Source: an uncultured Clostridia bacterium (GTDB lineage Bacteria; Bacillota; Clostridia; Christensenellales; DTU072). From it: a DNA stretch of 64,000 nt. How positions within the stretch are numbered: the first letter of the stretch is position 1; the number at the start of each line of letters is the position of its first letter. The notes below the pieces were generated by a model that saw nothing but the letters and a program-made list of their open reading frames with translations, was not told the origin of the DNA and made no database searches. The position numbers and the translations under genes were made by a program. Positions 10,075 through 20,635 of the stretch are shown here, in pieces. Where the stretch lies: positions 26,036 to 90,035 of the forward strand of contig CALVYG010000001.1 in the NCBI GenBank assembly GCA_944372095.1. The letters run 5' to 3'.

Positions 10075-10872
10075 ATGAAAACAGCTCTTATAATCGGCGC
10101 ATCCGACGGTATAGGTTACGCTACCGCAAAACTGTTCCTGAAATCGGGATACAGAGTTATCAACGTTTCACGCACCGAATGCGACCTTTCGGGAGTTGAA
10201 AATATGCTTTGCGACGTTACGGTCAGGGAAAAATTCGACGAAATTTTGCAATTATTATCGTCGGGTCGAATCGACTGCTTCATATATTCCGCCGGATTTT
10301 CAATGGCTGCGCCGCTAGAATATTGTCTTGAAGGCGATTACAGGTATCTGTTCGAAGTTAACTTGTTTTCCTTTATCCACGCCTTACACGTGCTTATTCC
10401 CGCCTTGCGCCTGTCCGAAGGCGTCGTATGCGCCGTAAGCAGCCTTGCCGCTCTTCTTCCCATTCCCTTCGACTCCTACTATTCCGCTTCAAAATCGGCT
10501 CTCAATTCTCTTTGCGAGTCTCTTTCCTACGAACTTGAACCCGAAGGTATCAAAATTTACTCGGTTATGCCGGGCGGAACCAAAACTAAATTTACTTCTA
10601 AAAGAAAAATCTATCCCCCGTCGTCTGTCGACGGATACTCAAAACAACTTACTTTATCTGCCGACAGCCTTGCAAAAACCGAACAAAACGGTCTCTCTCC
10701 CGATAAAGTCGCTCTCGGTATTTTCAAAATCTGCACGGAACAAACGGCTGAATCGGTATGCTGCCCGCATATCTTCAATAAAATTTTTCATATCACCGCA
10801 AAACTTATGCCGGCTAAATTAAAAAAATTCTTAATTAAGTCAAAATATTTTTCCGAATCCGACGAACAATAA
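10075..10872 (+). CDS. Short-chain dehydrogenase/reductase
   Basis: GASDGIG, SAG, VSS, YSASK catalytic YxxxK, PGGTKT. Confidence 0.93.
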   Translation: MKTALIIGASDGIGYATAKLFLKSGYRVINVSRTECDLSGVENMLCDVTVREKFDEILQLLSSGRIDCFIYSAGFSMAAPLEYCLEGDYRYLFEVNLFSFIHALHVLIPALRLSEGVVCAVSSLAALLPIPFDSYYSASKSALNSLCESLSYELEPEGIKIYSVMPGGTKTKFTSKRKIYPPSSVDGYSKQLTLSADSLAKTEQNGLSPDKVALGIFKICTEQTAESVCCPHIFNKIFHITAKLMPAKLKKFLIKSKYFSESDEQ

Positions 10873-10889
10873 ATTTCTGACAAAAATAT

Positions 10890-10916
10890 AAAACCGGGTC
10901 ATATTGACCCGGTTTT
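10890..10916. terminator. Bidirectional terminator between convergent genes
   Basis: AAAACCGGGTCA-TAT-TGACCCGGTTTT. Confidence 0.8.
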
Positions 10917-10936
10917 GATATTTACTCTGTACTTTA

Positions 10937-13900
10937 TCAGCCTGCTGCCGAAAGCATCGTTAAGACTACTTCGTCATAGTCCGCTATCAGGAACACATAC
11001 GTCGTATCGTTATACACATAAGACTGATTCTTATATGCGGCGATATCTCCCGTTCTGGTTCCGATTGTTCCGTCTTTCTGCGTCAAAGATTTATACTGCC
11101 AACTGCTGATTTCTCCCGTTCCGAAGTTAACCGACGGATTTACGATTACGTCCGCTTCTCTTTCAACGGTTACGCCCGCGGAATTCTCAAATTTTACCGT
11201 CGGTAAATCTCCGCGTTCGTAAATATAACTTCCGCAACCGTCCCAAGCGGAACTCCACTTGTCAACGTATTCCTGTTTTATAAGTCCGGCTTCGTCGCCT
11301 TGTACATATACGCGCAGTCTGTAATTGTTTTCGGATAAATTCCCGAACGTTGTTCCCGTTATCGAAGGTGCCGTTGCTCCGCGCATTTCAACCTTTGCAA
11401 GATTTACGCAACCGCTGAATACGTCTTCTCCTATCGAATAAAGATTATGTCCGAAACTTATTCCCCACATCCCGGAACAGTTCATAAACGCTCCGTATCC
11501 GATGCTGACAAGGCTGTTGGGCATTTCCACCGTAAGAAGGTCGGGATTTTCCACGTCGAGTACGCTTCCGAGTTTTGCACATCCGGTGAACGCCTGGTTC
11601 TCTATTTTCGTAAGTTTACTGCTTCTTACAAATTCTACGCTTACAAGCGACGAACATCCTTCAAACGTGCTTTCTTTAATAACCGTTATGCCTTCCGGTA
11701 TTTTTATCTGAGCAAGATTTTTCGCGTTAAGGAATGCACTCGCCCCGAGCTCAGTCAGACCGCTGAGTTTTGTTTCGTCCAGAATTCCCGTAACAGAATC
11801 GTATCCGTCAAACGTTACCGTAGTTAATGCGCTGCAACCGTTAAACGCATTTTCTCCCACTGTTTTCAGACTGTACGGCAGACGCAGCGTCACCAGTGAT
11901 GTTGCCTGTGCAAACGCGCTGTCTCCGATTGTGGCAAGCGTGCTGTTTATCGTATCGATATTCACCGTCGTGAGATTCTTACAAGCCATAAACGCCCCGT
12001 TACCGATTGTCGTTACGCTGTTCGGTATCGTAACTTCTACCAAATCGACACAGCCGTAGAATGCGTTGTCTCCGATGCTTACTACGCTGTCAGGGATTAC
12101 CACTCTCGATATCTGCGAACCTCTGAAGGCGTTTGACGATATTGCTATCGTATCGTTTCTTATCTGCGAACTGTCATCCGCATTCTCCCATTTTATCAGT
12201 ATCTTTCCGACATACAATCCGTTTGTTGACTGATTATTATTGTAATAATCGGTCGAATTGAACACGTTGCTCGCTATTTCTCTGAGTCTTGCATAGCCGT
12301 CCGCGTTAAGAACGTCTTTGAAGTTTATGCCGCTGAACGCGTCGCTGTTTATTCTTGCAAGATTTGTCGGCAGCGTAAGTACGCTTGCGTTTATTTCGCC
12401 GCCCGCGTTTATTTCGCTTGCAAGCACGGTTATGTCTATTCCGTTCACAGTGCTCGGCATTACAAATCCTTCCTGTCCGAGATATTCGAGTATCTCCGAA
12501 CTGTATCCTGTCAATACGTTTGCTATTGCAGAGAATTCTCCGTAATTACCGTATTTATATAACAGTCCCGTAATTTCGATATAATCGGTTGTCGTCGTTT
12601 GCGTTCCCGATTCTTTCTTCATTATAGGCGCATCCGACGGTATTGCGTTGCGGGTTACGTTTATAAGGTTTATTTTCTTTGAAACTCTTAATGTCGTCAG
12701 CGTATCTCCGAACGCATTATCTCCTATCGCCGTAAGCGTCGACGGCAGAGATACGGTCTTAAATCCGGCATTTACCATTGCTTCCGAATATATTTCGGTC
12801 ACTCCTTCCGGAACGTTGAATACAAAGTCAAGCGCTTCCTCTCCTTCGTATCCGTTTTCTTTTGCAAGTTCCGTAGCGGCTTCTACGTTTCCTATCACCG
12901 CTATGAGTTTTGTTCCGTAGTTGGTTCCGCTCGCCGTATCGTTGGAGTAAACCGCATAGAACGTAGCTGTATATTCTTTTTCACCGTATGTTGCCGTAAG
13001 CACAACGGGTTCTACCTTGAAGTCTGCCGCCTGATAATTTGCATATCGAAGCTCTATTTTTTCCAATGCAACGAACTCGCTGAATATATTGTTCGTCATT
13101 CCGTTGAAGTTCGCCGCGTTCGTAAGTATCAGCGTCTTCACTACTTCATTTTCAGGTACGGATATAGCCGTTACGGTTCTCGGGCCTATCTTGTTGGGAA
13201 TATAAAGTACTTCCTGATTTTCTCCCGAAATTCCCGTTATCGATACGATTGTATCGCTGTTTTCACCGGTAAACGTAATTCCGTTCACGTCAGGAGTATT
13301 TTCGTCGATTTCGTTCGTATAGAATTTTGCGTCTATCGTAATGTCTTCCGTAACTACATAAGGATAAGTAATTCTCGTTTCCTTTCCTTCGTCCACCACT
13401 ACCCAATACATAAACGTATAGGTTTTTCCGCTGCTATCCGTACTGTGCGGCGGTTCGGGAATATCCCCTTCCTTGATATATTCGCTGTTGAACGGCGCAA
13501 GGTTATACCCTTGGTTAAGCGGCGTTACCGTAGGCAATGCTCCGTTTTCGTAGAATATCCAACCGTACGTTATCCATGCGCTCGAATATGTGAATCTCGT
13601 TGCGTCGTCTATATATTCTTTTGTCGCGGCATCGGTGTAGAATCTGATATTCATTCCGCTTACGAATATTCTGCTTCCCTGTCCTCCGTTTGAAATATTT
13701 TCTGCAAGTATCTCTATCGGAGCAAGTCCCGTCGCTTCTCCGTTCATCGGTCTGTTGATATCGAGCGTCCAGTTGACTTTGTATAAATTGCCGTTTCCTG
13801 CGTTGAACGCACGCGCGCCGATTTTTACAAGCGAGGAACCGAGATTTATTATCGTAAGCGTTGTCACTCCGTTAAATGCATCCGCTCCGATTTCGGTCAC

Positions 13901-16900
13901 CGTCGAAGGAACGGTATATCCGTCGTCCGCTATTCTTACGCCTTCCGCGTCATATTGTACGCTCGTTAACGAAGTTTCGTAAAACGCGCTGTCGCCTATC
14001 GTAAGCAATCCCACCGGCAATACGGCGTTTTTAAGGGTCTTTAATCCGTAAAACGCTCTGTTTCCTATTGCGGTAACTCCGCTTCCTATCTGAACGGTTA
14101 TAAGATTGCTGCACCCTTCAAATGCCGAATCTCCTATGCTTACCACGCTGTCGGGTATGACTATTTCGGTTATATACTGCGCCGTCGTATCGGAAAACGC
14201 CTTATACGCTATCATTGTTATTCCCGCGGGAATTTCAACCGTCAACGCATTCGTTTCTTCGAACACGGCTTTTGACTGAGTTCCTACTATATATTTAACG
14301 AGGACGTTACCGAGTCTTATAATGCTGTCTTCTTCCGCATTTCCCGCTTCCGAAGCCTTATACCATTCGGTATCTGCCAATCCGCTCTCAAATCTGTTAT
14401 CTTTGACCGAAAGTTCCGCTATTCCGTCCGCTACTATCGAACTGAGTTTCGTACATCCGCTCAACGCGTCTTTTCCGAGTTTCGTAACGGTCTTAGGCAT
14501 CGTAACTGCTCCCAGCGCGCTGTTATCCTTGAACGCTTCGTCGGGCAGTTCCGTTATTGCCGTTTCGGACAGATTTATTCCGGTTAGCGATTTACATTCC
14601 GCAAATACTCCGCGACCGAGTTTTTCCAACGATTTAGGTATGCTTACCGATGAAATGCTGCTGCCTTTGAACGCAAACGCTCCGATTTCTTTCAACGTTG
14701 ACGAACTTACGGTTACCGACGTAAGCGGCGCGCTTCTGAATGCTCCGTCCGCTATCTTCGTTACGCTTTCCGTTATCGTAAGCGATTGGGTCCCCGATAC
14801 GTTGTTATATTTAAGGAATATCGTTCCCAATATTACTTTTTCCGTCTTATACCATGCCGTGTTCTTGAACGCGTCCGTTCCGATTTCTTTTATGGACGAA
14901 ACGTATTGTTCGCTGTTTGTCGCTCCGTATCTTACAGAAGTCAATCCCGATTCGGCAAACGCTTCGTTTCCTATCGTGACGAGTTCCTTGTTGATTATCA
15001 GTGTTTTAAGCGTCGTATTGTTTTTGAATATTCCGTCTGAAAGCTTCGTTACTCCCGAAGGTATCGTTACTTCGCTGTCGCTTACCGAAGCTATCGACAA
15101 GGCGATTCCGTCTTCCGGCGCGGAATTGAGAATAAACAGATTTCTCCCGACCGTATACGTCCAATCCGCCGAATCCGTCGTATTCAACGCAAACTCGGCG
15201 CTTATTCCGAGCGTTGTCGCTTCTATAACGTATCTGTACACTCCGTCGTTTTCAATTTCGGCCTGCACGCTTACGCTTTCTTTAACGATTGTTCCGTCAT
15301 CCTTATATAACGTTACCGTGATGTCTATTTCTTCCGTACTTTCGGGGAATCCGAATTTTTTGGTTACTACGGTTTCCTTTTCTGCCGGCAAAAGCAGTAC
15401 GTCTGCCGTTCCGACAAATTTGATTGCAGTATTCCCCGCAATAATAAACCCGCCGTTTTGGCTTGCGTTTTCAAGCTGACCGCTCCACCACTTGCTTCCG
15501 AAGAACGCTTTTTCCGACACTTCCGAAAGTAAACTGCCTTCTTCAAAAATAATTTCTTCCACGTTTGCGTCCGTAAATACGCCGTCGGCGATATATTCGA
15601 CTCCCGCCGGAACGGTAACGTATTTAAGCGCCTCACCGAATGTCGTACCTTTAATAAAGCTTACAAATTCGTCGTTCGTCGTTCCATTACCCGTGAGTAT
15701 AGCCTTGACATATTCGGGTATAAAGAATTCTTCGGGTATGCAGCCCTTGAACGCTCCCGCATAAACAACTATTATTTCATCCGAACCGTTTGTTCCGTCA
15801 TCGTAAACGTTCGGGATACTCATTCTGCTCGGATTGGTTCCCGAATATCCGACAATCGCGTATCCGGTATCACCGAGATTATCGTATTCTTCGCTCATTA
15901 CGACGCCGAAAGAATTTTCAACGGTAAGGATTACTTTGAATATGTCTCCTTTATTCGCCTGTACAACCAGAGGCAACTCGGTTATTTCAATCTGATTTCC
16001 GCCGTTCACGGTATAATACCACCTTGCGGTTTCTCCCGAATCGAGGCTTACCGACGGCGTACGTCCGAGATAATAAACGTATTTTACGTCGGTGGACGCG
16101 TCTACCGAACCTTGTCTTTCATCATAATATTTCGCGTATAACGTACAGTTTTCTCTTATTACAATCGGGAATTCCACCGCCGTGTATTCTCCCGAATCGA
16201 GATACCAGCCTGCAAACGTATATCCTGCAAATACGGGCGCGGTCAAATCCGATTCTCTGATAAGGATTTTCGTCGTTATATCCGTCATAGAGAAGTTTAT
16301 CGCCATTTCTTTGCTGTCATCGGACAATTTAAATCCGATAATCGGATACGTAGCGCTGTGGTTGCCGCCGGTAAATAAATCCGACCCTGCGGTATCTACT
16401 GCCTGGCTTATAAAGAAGAACGTCCCCGTTTCGGGGAAAGCATTTTCTCCGATTACGGCGTCTTCGTATAGTCCGCCGTTATCGTAGCTTAATTCCACGG
16501 TAAGATTTGTACATCTGCTAAATGCATACGCTCCTACGCTTGTCACGCTCGAACCCAGCTGAACGTATCTTAACGCCGAACAGCTGCTGAACGCTTCCTG
16601 ACCTATTGTCGTAAGACTTGAAGAAGTCAGTATCGCATATTTGAGTCCGCTTCCGCTGAAAGCTCCCTGAGGTATTTCTTTGCCTATAAATTTAGTAAAA
16701 TCGAATTCGGACAGGCTTTCGCAACCATTAAACGCATTCGATACTCCGTCTTTCTTTTCAAATTCGTTTATTTTTTCAAGCGTCAAATCGCTTAACTTCG
16801 CACATCCGAAGAATGTCGAAACGGGAAGCGAATAATATACCGTACCTTCCTTATAGTCTTTATTCACTTCACCGTAAATTGCCGCTTCCGCAAGCGAAGT

Positions 16901-19900
16901 GCAGCCTGAAAAGACTTCTTCGTACATCACCGCCGCTGTTCCGCTAAAATTAAGCACCGCTTTAAGAAGCGAAGTACAGCCTTTGAATGCGCGCGCTCCT
17001 ACAAGCGTAAGTTCGACAGCCGTGAATTCTTCTAAATATTCGCATCCGTTGAATGCGTCTTCGTTAATAATTTTCACCGACGCGGGTAAATTTATAGAGG
17101 TAAGATTGCTGTCCTTGAAGAATCCTGCGGGAATTCCGCCTGCAAAATATTCGGCGGCTTCGTCTTCGTCTACGGTTGTGATTGCCCTTCCGCCGATTGA
17201 AGCGTTATTGTTGTATCCGATTAAAACTCCGCCGACCTTAATTATGTTATGGCGGCTGAACCATCCGTTCCCCTCAAAATCGGTAAGTTCGGGTTTATAG
17301 CTACCGCTCCAACCTTTAACCGAAAGCGTTCTGAGCGAATCCGTTCCGTTAAGTATTCCGCTGTTCCAACCTTTAAGCGTTGCAAGCACGGTCAGTTCTT
17401 CGAGGTATTCAAACGAAGCAAACGCTCCGCTCGCAATTTCAGTCACATTGTATCCGCCTAGTTTTTCGGGAACGGTAATGCTTTCCGCTTGCCTGTAACC
17501 TTTTACAACAGTCGCGGTAGTAGTCGAGGTTTCGCCCGATTTTACGGTTACGAGTTTATATATGAGTCTGCTGTCTTCGTCGTAAGCGAAATCGGCCTCC
17601 TGAGCGTCGGTAACAACCGCCGCGCCCGTAAACGCGTCCTCTGCCGAATCTTTATAACTTTCCGCAACTACAACGGCATAAACCGAATTCGTCGTTTCTG
17701 AAAATCCCAATCCGGCAACAGAAGACAAATCCAATACGGCAACGGTAGCGTTTGCAAATGCGCCGGCATTTACGATAAGCGAAGCTCCTTCCGGTAAAAC
17801 CGCTTTATAACTTCCCGTTTTGTCGTTAGGATAATAAATCAGATTATAATTGTTTCCGGATACGGCATAAAGTACTCCGCCGTCGGAATAATATGTTTCG
17901 CTTCCTTCCGATACGGTTATGGAATCAAGGTTTTTCAGACTTGCAAACACCGTTTCGTCGGGTTCGATATTGCTTACGCCGGCTCCGAACGAAACGGACT
18001 CAATATTCACGCAACCCGTCAGAGCGTTAACGTTAAATACAAGTTCGTCCGCGGGAACTCCGTTCGTTCCGATTAAAAGTTTGGTAAGCGCTCCGTTATC
18101 GGCAAACGCACATATTCCTATTGCTTCCGCTTCGGGTAAATCTATTACTGTAAGATTTGTTCCCGCAAACGCATAATCACCCACGGTTTTTATTCCCGCA
18201 AGAGAAGTAATTACCGAAAGAGCGGTGTTATAGAACGCATAGTCTCCGACTGTTACAACCGTTCCGGGCAAAGTGACCGAAATAAGTCCCTGCGCTCCGT
18301 TAAAGGTATCATCTCCCACTCCCGTGAGCACGGAACCGAGATTGATTTGCAGTCCGTCCGCTTTAACGTCTTTGAAAGCGGCAGTCCCGAGAGCTTTCAA
18401 AACGGGAAATTCCATTTTCTCCGCGGAAACGGTCGCGCCTTCAAACGCGTTGTTTCCGATAGTCTGTAAAGCGGGAAGAACCACGTCTCCGTAAACCGTA
18501 GCGCCTTTAAGCGCGCCGCTTTCTATCGTAACGAGGTTGGACGACAGTCTCGTAACGTTTTTACCCGCAAGAGCGTTTGCTTTTATTGTCGTCACGGGCA
18601 GATTGTCGTAGGTATCGGGTATAAATATATTTTCGTTATTGTAATCGCTGCCGAGTCCCGCAACCGCATATGCCGTCGTTCCCAGCTTCTCCCACGTTAT
18701 TCCCGTCGTTGCCGCGGAAATGCTTACGGTAAACTCGACGGAAGACGCGTTTATGAGTTTCGCTCCGCCGGGAACAAGCACCGTCTGCTCCACGTTGACT
18801 ACGGTTATTCCGTATAAAGCGGCTTTCCCGAGCGCAGTTTCTCTTATTCTGCTGCTGTTGTCTCTTACGTTTCTTACAACTTCGGAATTGCTTACCGATT
18901 GTCCGTTGAGGAGTTTTATGTAATCGTTTTTATTGTCGGATATATTAGTGAGGAGGTTGTCGATATATTGATACGTCACCGCGTCGCCGATGGCAAACGC
19001 GTCGCTTACCGTAAGCGTTAAACGGTAGTTTTCCGTATTGTTATCGGGAAGTTTGTCGTCTTTGAAATCAAAGCTGAAAATCACAGGCACCGTCAGTGAG
19101 GCGTATACGGGCGTAATTTCCACACTGAGTCCGTAGTCTTTTGTTACCGTCCATTTGTTTTCCAATATTGAAATTTCTTCCGAACCGAGTTCTCCGCTTA
19201 CTTTCCAACCGCTGAGAGCGTATCCGCTTACCGTTGCGGCACTGCTCGGGAATGTTATTACCGTTCCGATTTTCATCGGCGACTGATACCCGGGTACAAG
19301 CGTATTTTTATCGGCGTCGTTATATACTTTTATCTGAACGCTGGCGTCTTTTACTATGTAGATGAACTCTACCATACCGCTTTGCGTTATTGTCGTGCTC
19401 TGCGAAGGTTTTTTCGCTATTTCGTATCCCGCGTTTTTAAGGAAACTTTCCATTTTCTGCGCCGTCGCGCTTACATCCGTGCCGTACTTTACCGTTGTGC
19501 CGTAGTCTTTCACATACGTATACGACGTAGGATTGGATTCGAGCGCATATCCGAACATTACCGCGCAGGTTTTGTACTCGGGCACCATTTTTACCGTAAT
19601 ATCGGAAGTCACTTCAAACGGGAATTTTTCGCTCCAGGTAAAACTCGAAAGTTCGGGATAAGAAGAAAGATTAACTCTCGGGGCATTGGATTCGGTGATT
19701 TTACTCCCCGCGTTAACCGAATCGCTTTGAAGCTCTTTCCCGTTATAGTCGGCAAACTTAACCGTGTAGCTTGCCTGCGCTACGGAATAAGACGCCGTAA
19801 CGGTAATCGAACCGGTAACGGCGGACAAATCGACGATATTGCCTTTTGAATCAACCCAGCCGACAAACTTCTGCCCGTCGACCGCCGGCGCGGTCACCGC

Positions 19901-20338
19901 TTCGACCGACCCGCCCACAAGAGTATATTTTTTGGCAAGTTCGTTCCCTCCGTTATCGTTAAACGTAACGCACGCTATCTGCGCTCCGTCTTCGACGAGG
20001 AAAATCTTTACTACGGCAGTTTTTCCTTTGTAGTTTATGGTCAGATTTTTTTCTCCCGGTTCTTTGAGAGAATTTGCCGCTTCGGTTGTGAGCATCGATT
20101 TTGTCGCGTTAATCTGATTTACGTCGCCGCCCTCGTAAGTCACGTCCAGAAGAATCGACGTAATGTCGAATTCTCCGACGACATAGTAACCTTTAACGGA
20201 ATCTTCTTTCACGGAAATCCCCGTTACCACGCCGTCGTCGCCGCTGCACGCGGTGAACGCCATTACGGAAAAGACGATAATCAGAGCAGCTGTCAAAAGT
20301 TTCATTGCTCCGAATCTTCCTGTGCCCGTTTTTTTCAT
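10937..20338 (-). CDS. Giant surface lipoprotein with BspA-type (TpLRR) leucine-rich repeats, Ig-like and InlB B-repeat-like domains
   Basis: Lipobox FTAC; many I-P-x-S-V-x-x-I-G-x-x-A-F-x-x-C-x-x-L repeats; GYTFAGWY/GQKFVGW B-repeat-like units; SD GGAGG. Confidence 0.9.
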   Translation of the reverse strand: MKKTGTGRFGAMKLLTAALIIVFSVMAFTACSGDDGVVTGISVKEDSVKGYYVVGEFDITSILLDVTYEGGDVNQINATKSMLTTEAANSLKEPGEKNLTINYKGKTAVVKIFLVEDGAQIACVTFNDNGGNELAKKYTLVGGSVEAVTAPAVDGQKFVGWVDSKGNIVDLSAVTGSITVTASYSVAQASYTVKFADYNGKELQSDSVNAGSKITESNAPRVNLSSYPELSSFTWSEKFPFEVTSDITVKMVPEYKTCAVMFGYALESNPTSYTYVKDYGTTVKYGTDVSATAQKMESFLKNAGYEIAKKPSQSTTITQSGMVEFIYIVKDASVQIKVYNDADKNTLVPGYQSPMKIGTVITFPSSAATVSGYALSGWKVSGELGSEEISILENKWTVTKDYGLSVEITPVYASLTVPVIFSFDFKDDKLPDNNTENYRLTLTVSDAFAIGDAVTYQYIDNLLTNISDNKNDYIKLLNGQSVSNSEVVRNVRDNSSRIRETALGKAALYGITVVNVEQTVLVPGGAKLINASSVEFTVSISAATTGITWEKLGTTAYAVAGLGSDYNNENIFIPDTYDNLPVTTIKANALAGKNVTRLSSNLVTIESGALKGATVYGDVVLPALQTIGNNAFEGATVSAEKMEFPVLKALGTAAFKDVKADGLQINLGSVLTGVGDDTFNGAQGLISVTLPGTVVTVGDYAFYNTALSVITSLAGIKTVGDYAFAGTNLTVIDLPEAEAIGICAFADNGALTKLLIGTNGVPADELVFNVNALTGCVNIESVSFGAGVSNIEPDETVFASLKNLDSITVSEGSETYYSDGGVLYAVSGNNYNLIYYPNDKTGSYKAVLPEGASLIVNAGAFANATVAVLDLSSVAGLGFSETTNSVYAVVVAESYKDSAEDAFTGAAVVTDAQEADFAYDEDSRLIYKLVTVKSGETSTTTATVVKGYRQAESITVPEKLGGYNVTEIASGAFASFEYLEELTVLATLKGWNSGILNGTDSLRTLSVKGWSGSYKPELTDFEGNGWFSRHNIIKVGGVLIGYNNNASIGGRAITTVDEDEAAEYFAGGIPAGFFKDSNLTSINLPASVKIINEDAFNGCEYLEEFTAVELTLVGARAFKGCTSLLKAVLNFSGTAAVMYEEVFSGCTSLAEAAIYGEVNKDYKEGTVYYSLPVSTFFGCAKLSDLTLEKINEFEKKDGVSNAFNGCESLSEFDFTKFIGKEIPQGAFSGSGLKYAILTSSSLTTIGQEAFSSCSALRYVQLGSSVTSVGAYAFSRCTNLTVELSYDNGGLYEDAVIGENAFPETGTFFFISQAVDTAGSDLFTGGNHSATYPIIGFKLSDDSKEMAINFSMTDITTKILIRESDLTAPVFAGYTFAGWYLDSGEYTAVEFPIVIRENCTLYAKYYDERQGSVDASTDVKYVYYLGRTPSVSLDSGETARWYYTVNGGNQIEITELPLVVQANKGDIFKVILTVENSFGVVMSEEYDNLGDTGYAIVGYSGTNPSRMSIPNVYDDGTNGSDEIIVVYAGAFKGCIPEEFFIPEYVKAILTGNGTTNDEFVSFIKGTTFGEALKYVTVPAGVEYIADGVFTDANVEEIIFEEGSLLSEVSEKAFFGSKWWSGQLENASQNGGFIIAGNTAIKFVGTADVLLLPAEKETVVTKKFGFPESTEEIDITVTLYKDDGTIVKESVSVQAEIENDGVYRYVIEATTLGISAEFALNTTDSADWTYTVGRNLFILNSAPEDGIALSIASVSDSEVTIPSGVTKLSDGIFKNNTTLKTLIINKELVTIGNEAFAESGLTSVRYGATNSEQYVSSIKEIGTDAFKNTAWYKTEKVILGTIFLKYNNVSGTQSLTITESVTKIADGAFRSAPLTSVTVSSSTLKEIGAFAFKGSSISSVSIPKSLEKLGRGVFAECKSLTGINLSETAITELPDEAFKDNSALGAVTMPKTVTKLGKDALSGCTKLSSIVADGIAELSVKDNRFESGLADTEWYKASEAGNAEEDSIIRLGNVLVKYIVGTQSKAVFEETNALTVEIPAGITMIAYKAFSDTTAQYITEIVIPDSVVSIGDSAFEGCSNLITVQIGSGVTAIGNRAFYGLKTLKNAVLPVGLLTIGDSAFYETSLTSVQYDAEGVRIADDGYTVPSTVTEIGADAFNGVTTLTIINLGSSLVKIGARAFNAGNGNLYKVNWTLDINRPMNGEATGLAPIEILAENISNGGQGSRIFVSGMNIRFYTDAATKEYIDDATRFTYSSAWITYGWIFYENGALPTVTPLNQGYNLAPFNSEYIKEGDIPEPPHSTDSSGKTYTFMYWVVVDEGKETRITYPYVVTEDITIDAKFYTNEIDENTPDVNGITFTGENSDTIVSITGISGENQEVLYIPNKIGPRTVTAISVPENEVVKTLILTNAANFNGMTNNIFSEFVALEKIELRYANYQAADFKVEPVVLTATYGEKEYTATFYAVYSNDTASGTNYGTKLIAVIGNVEAATELAKENGYEGEEALDFVFNVPEGVTEIYSEAMVNAGFKTVSLPSTLTAIGDNAFGDTLTTLRVSKKINLINVTRNAIPSDAPIMKKESGTQTTTTDYIEITGLLYKYGNYGEFSAIANVLTGYSSEILEYLGQEGFVMPSTVNGIDITVLASEINAGGEINASVLTLPTNLARINSDAFSGINFKDVLNADGYARLREIASNVFNSTDYYNNNQSTNGLYVGKILIKWENADDSSQIRNDTIAISSNAFRGSQISRVVIPDSVVSIGDNAFYGCVDLVEVTIPNSVTTIGNGAFMACKNLTTVNIDTINSTLATIGDSAFAQATSLVTLRLPYSLKTVGENAFNGCSALTTVTFDGYDSVTGILDETKLSGLTELGASAFLNAKNLAQIKIPEGITVIKESTFEGCSSLVSVEFVRSSKLTKIENQAFTGCAKLGSVLDVENPDLLTVEMPNSLVSIGYGAFMNCSGMWGISFGHNLYSIGEDVFSGCVNLAKVEMRGATAPSITGTTFGNLSENNYRLRVYVQGDEAGLIKQEYVDKWSSAWDGCGSYIYERGDLPTVKFENSAGVTVEREADVIVNPSVNFGTGEISSWQYKSLTQKDGTIGTRTGDIAAYKNQSYVYNDTTYVFLIADYDEVVLTMLSAAG

Positions 20339-20467
20339 TGTTGCGAAACCTCCATTTTACGCATTTCGTTTGCTTGCGGCGAACGCACGTGCGCCGCGGC
20401 CGCCTTGTATATATGCGTGCGCGCGCTTTTCGGCGCACCTCTCCCATATTACAAAACAGTTATATAT

Positions 20468-20496
20468 AATATAACATATCCGCACGCTTATTGCAA
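20468..20496 (-). promoter_or_regulatory. Sigma-A promoter of the giant LRR gene
   Basis: TTGCAA-17 nt-TATATT with TGn extension. Confidence 0.6.
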
Positions 20497-20548
20497 GGGG
20501 GTAATCCCAAAAAAAAGCGCCCTCCCTTCAACCCCGTAAAAATCCGAT

Positions 20549-20582
20549 AAAAAAATCACACCGTTTTTCGGTGCGATTTTTT
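20549..20582 (-). terminator. Intrinsic terminator
   Basis: AAAATCACACCG-loop-CGGTGCGATTTT flanked by A/T runs. Confidence 0.7.
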
Positions 20583-20635
20583 ATTTTTTGCATATTCCCC
20601 GATTGAATTTTTTATAAAAAATTATGAAAAATAAC

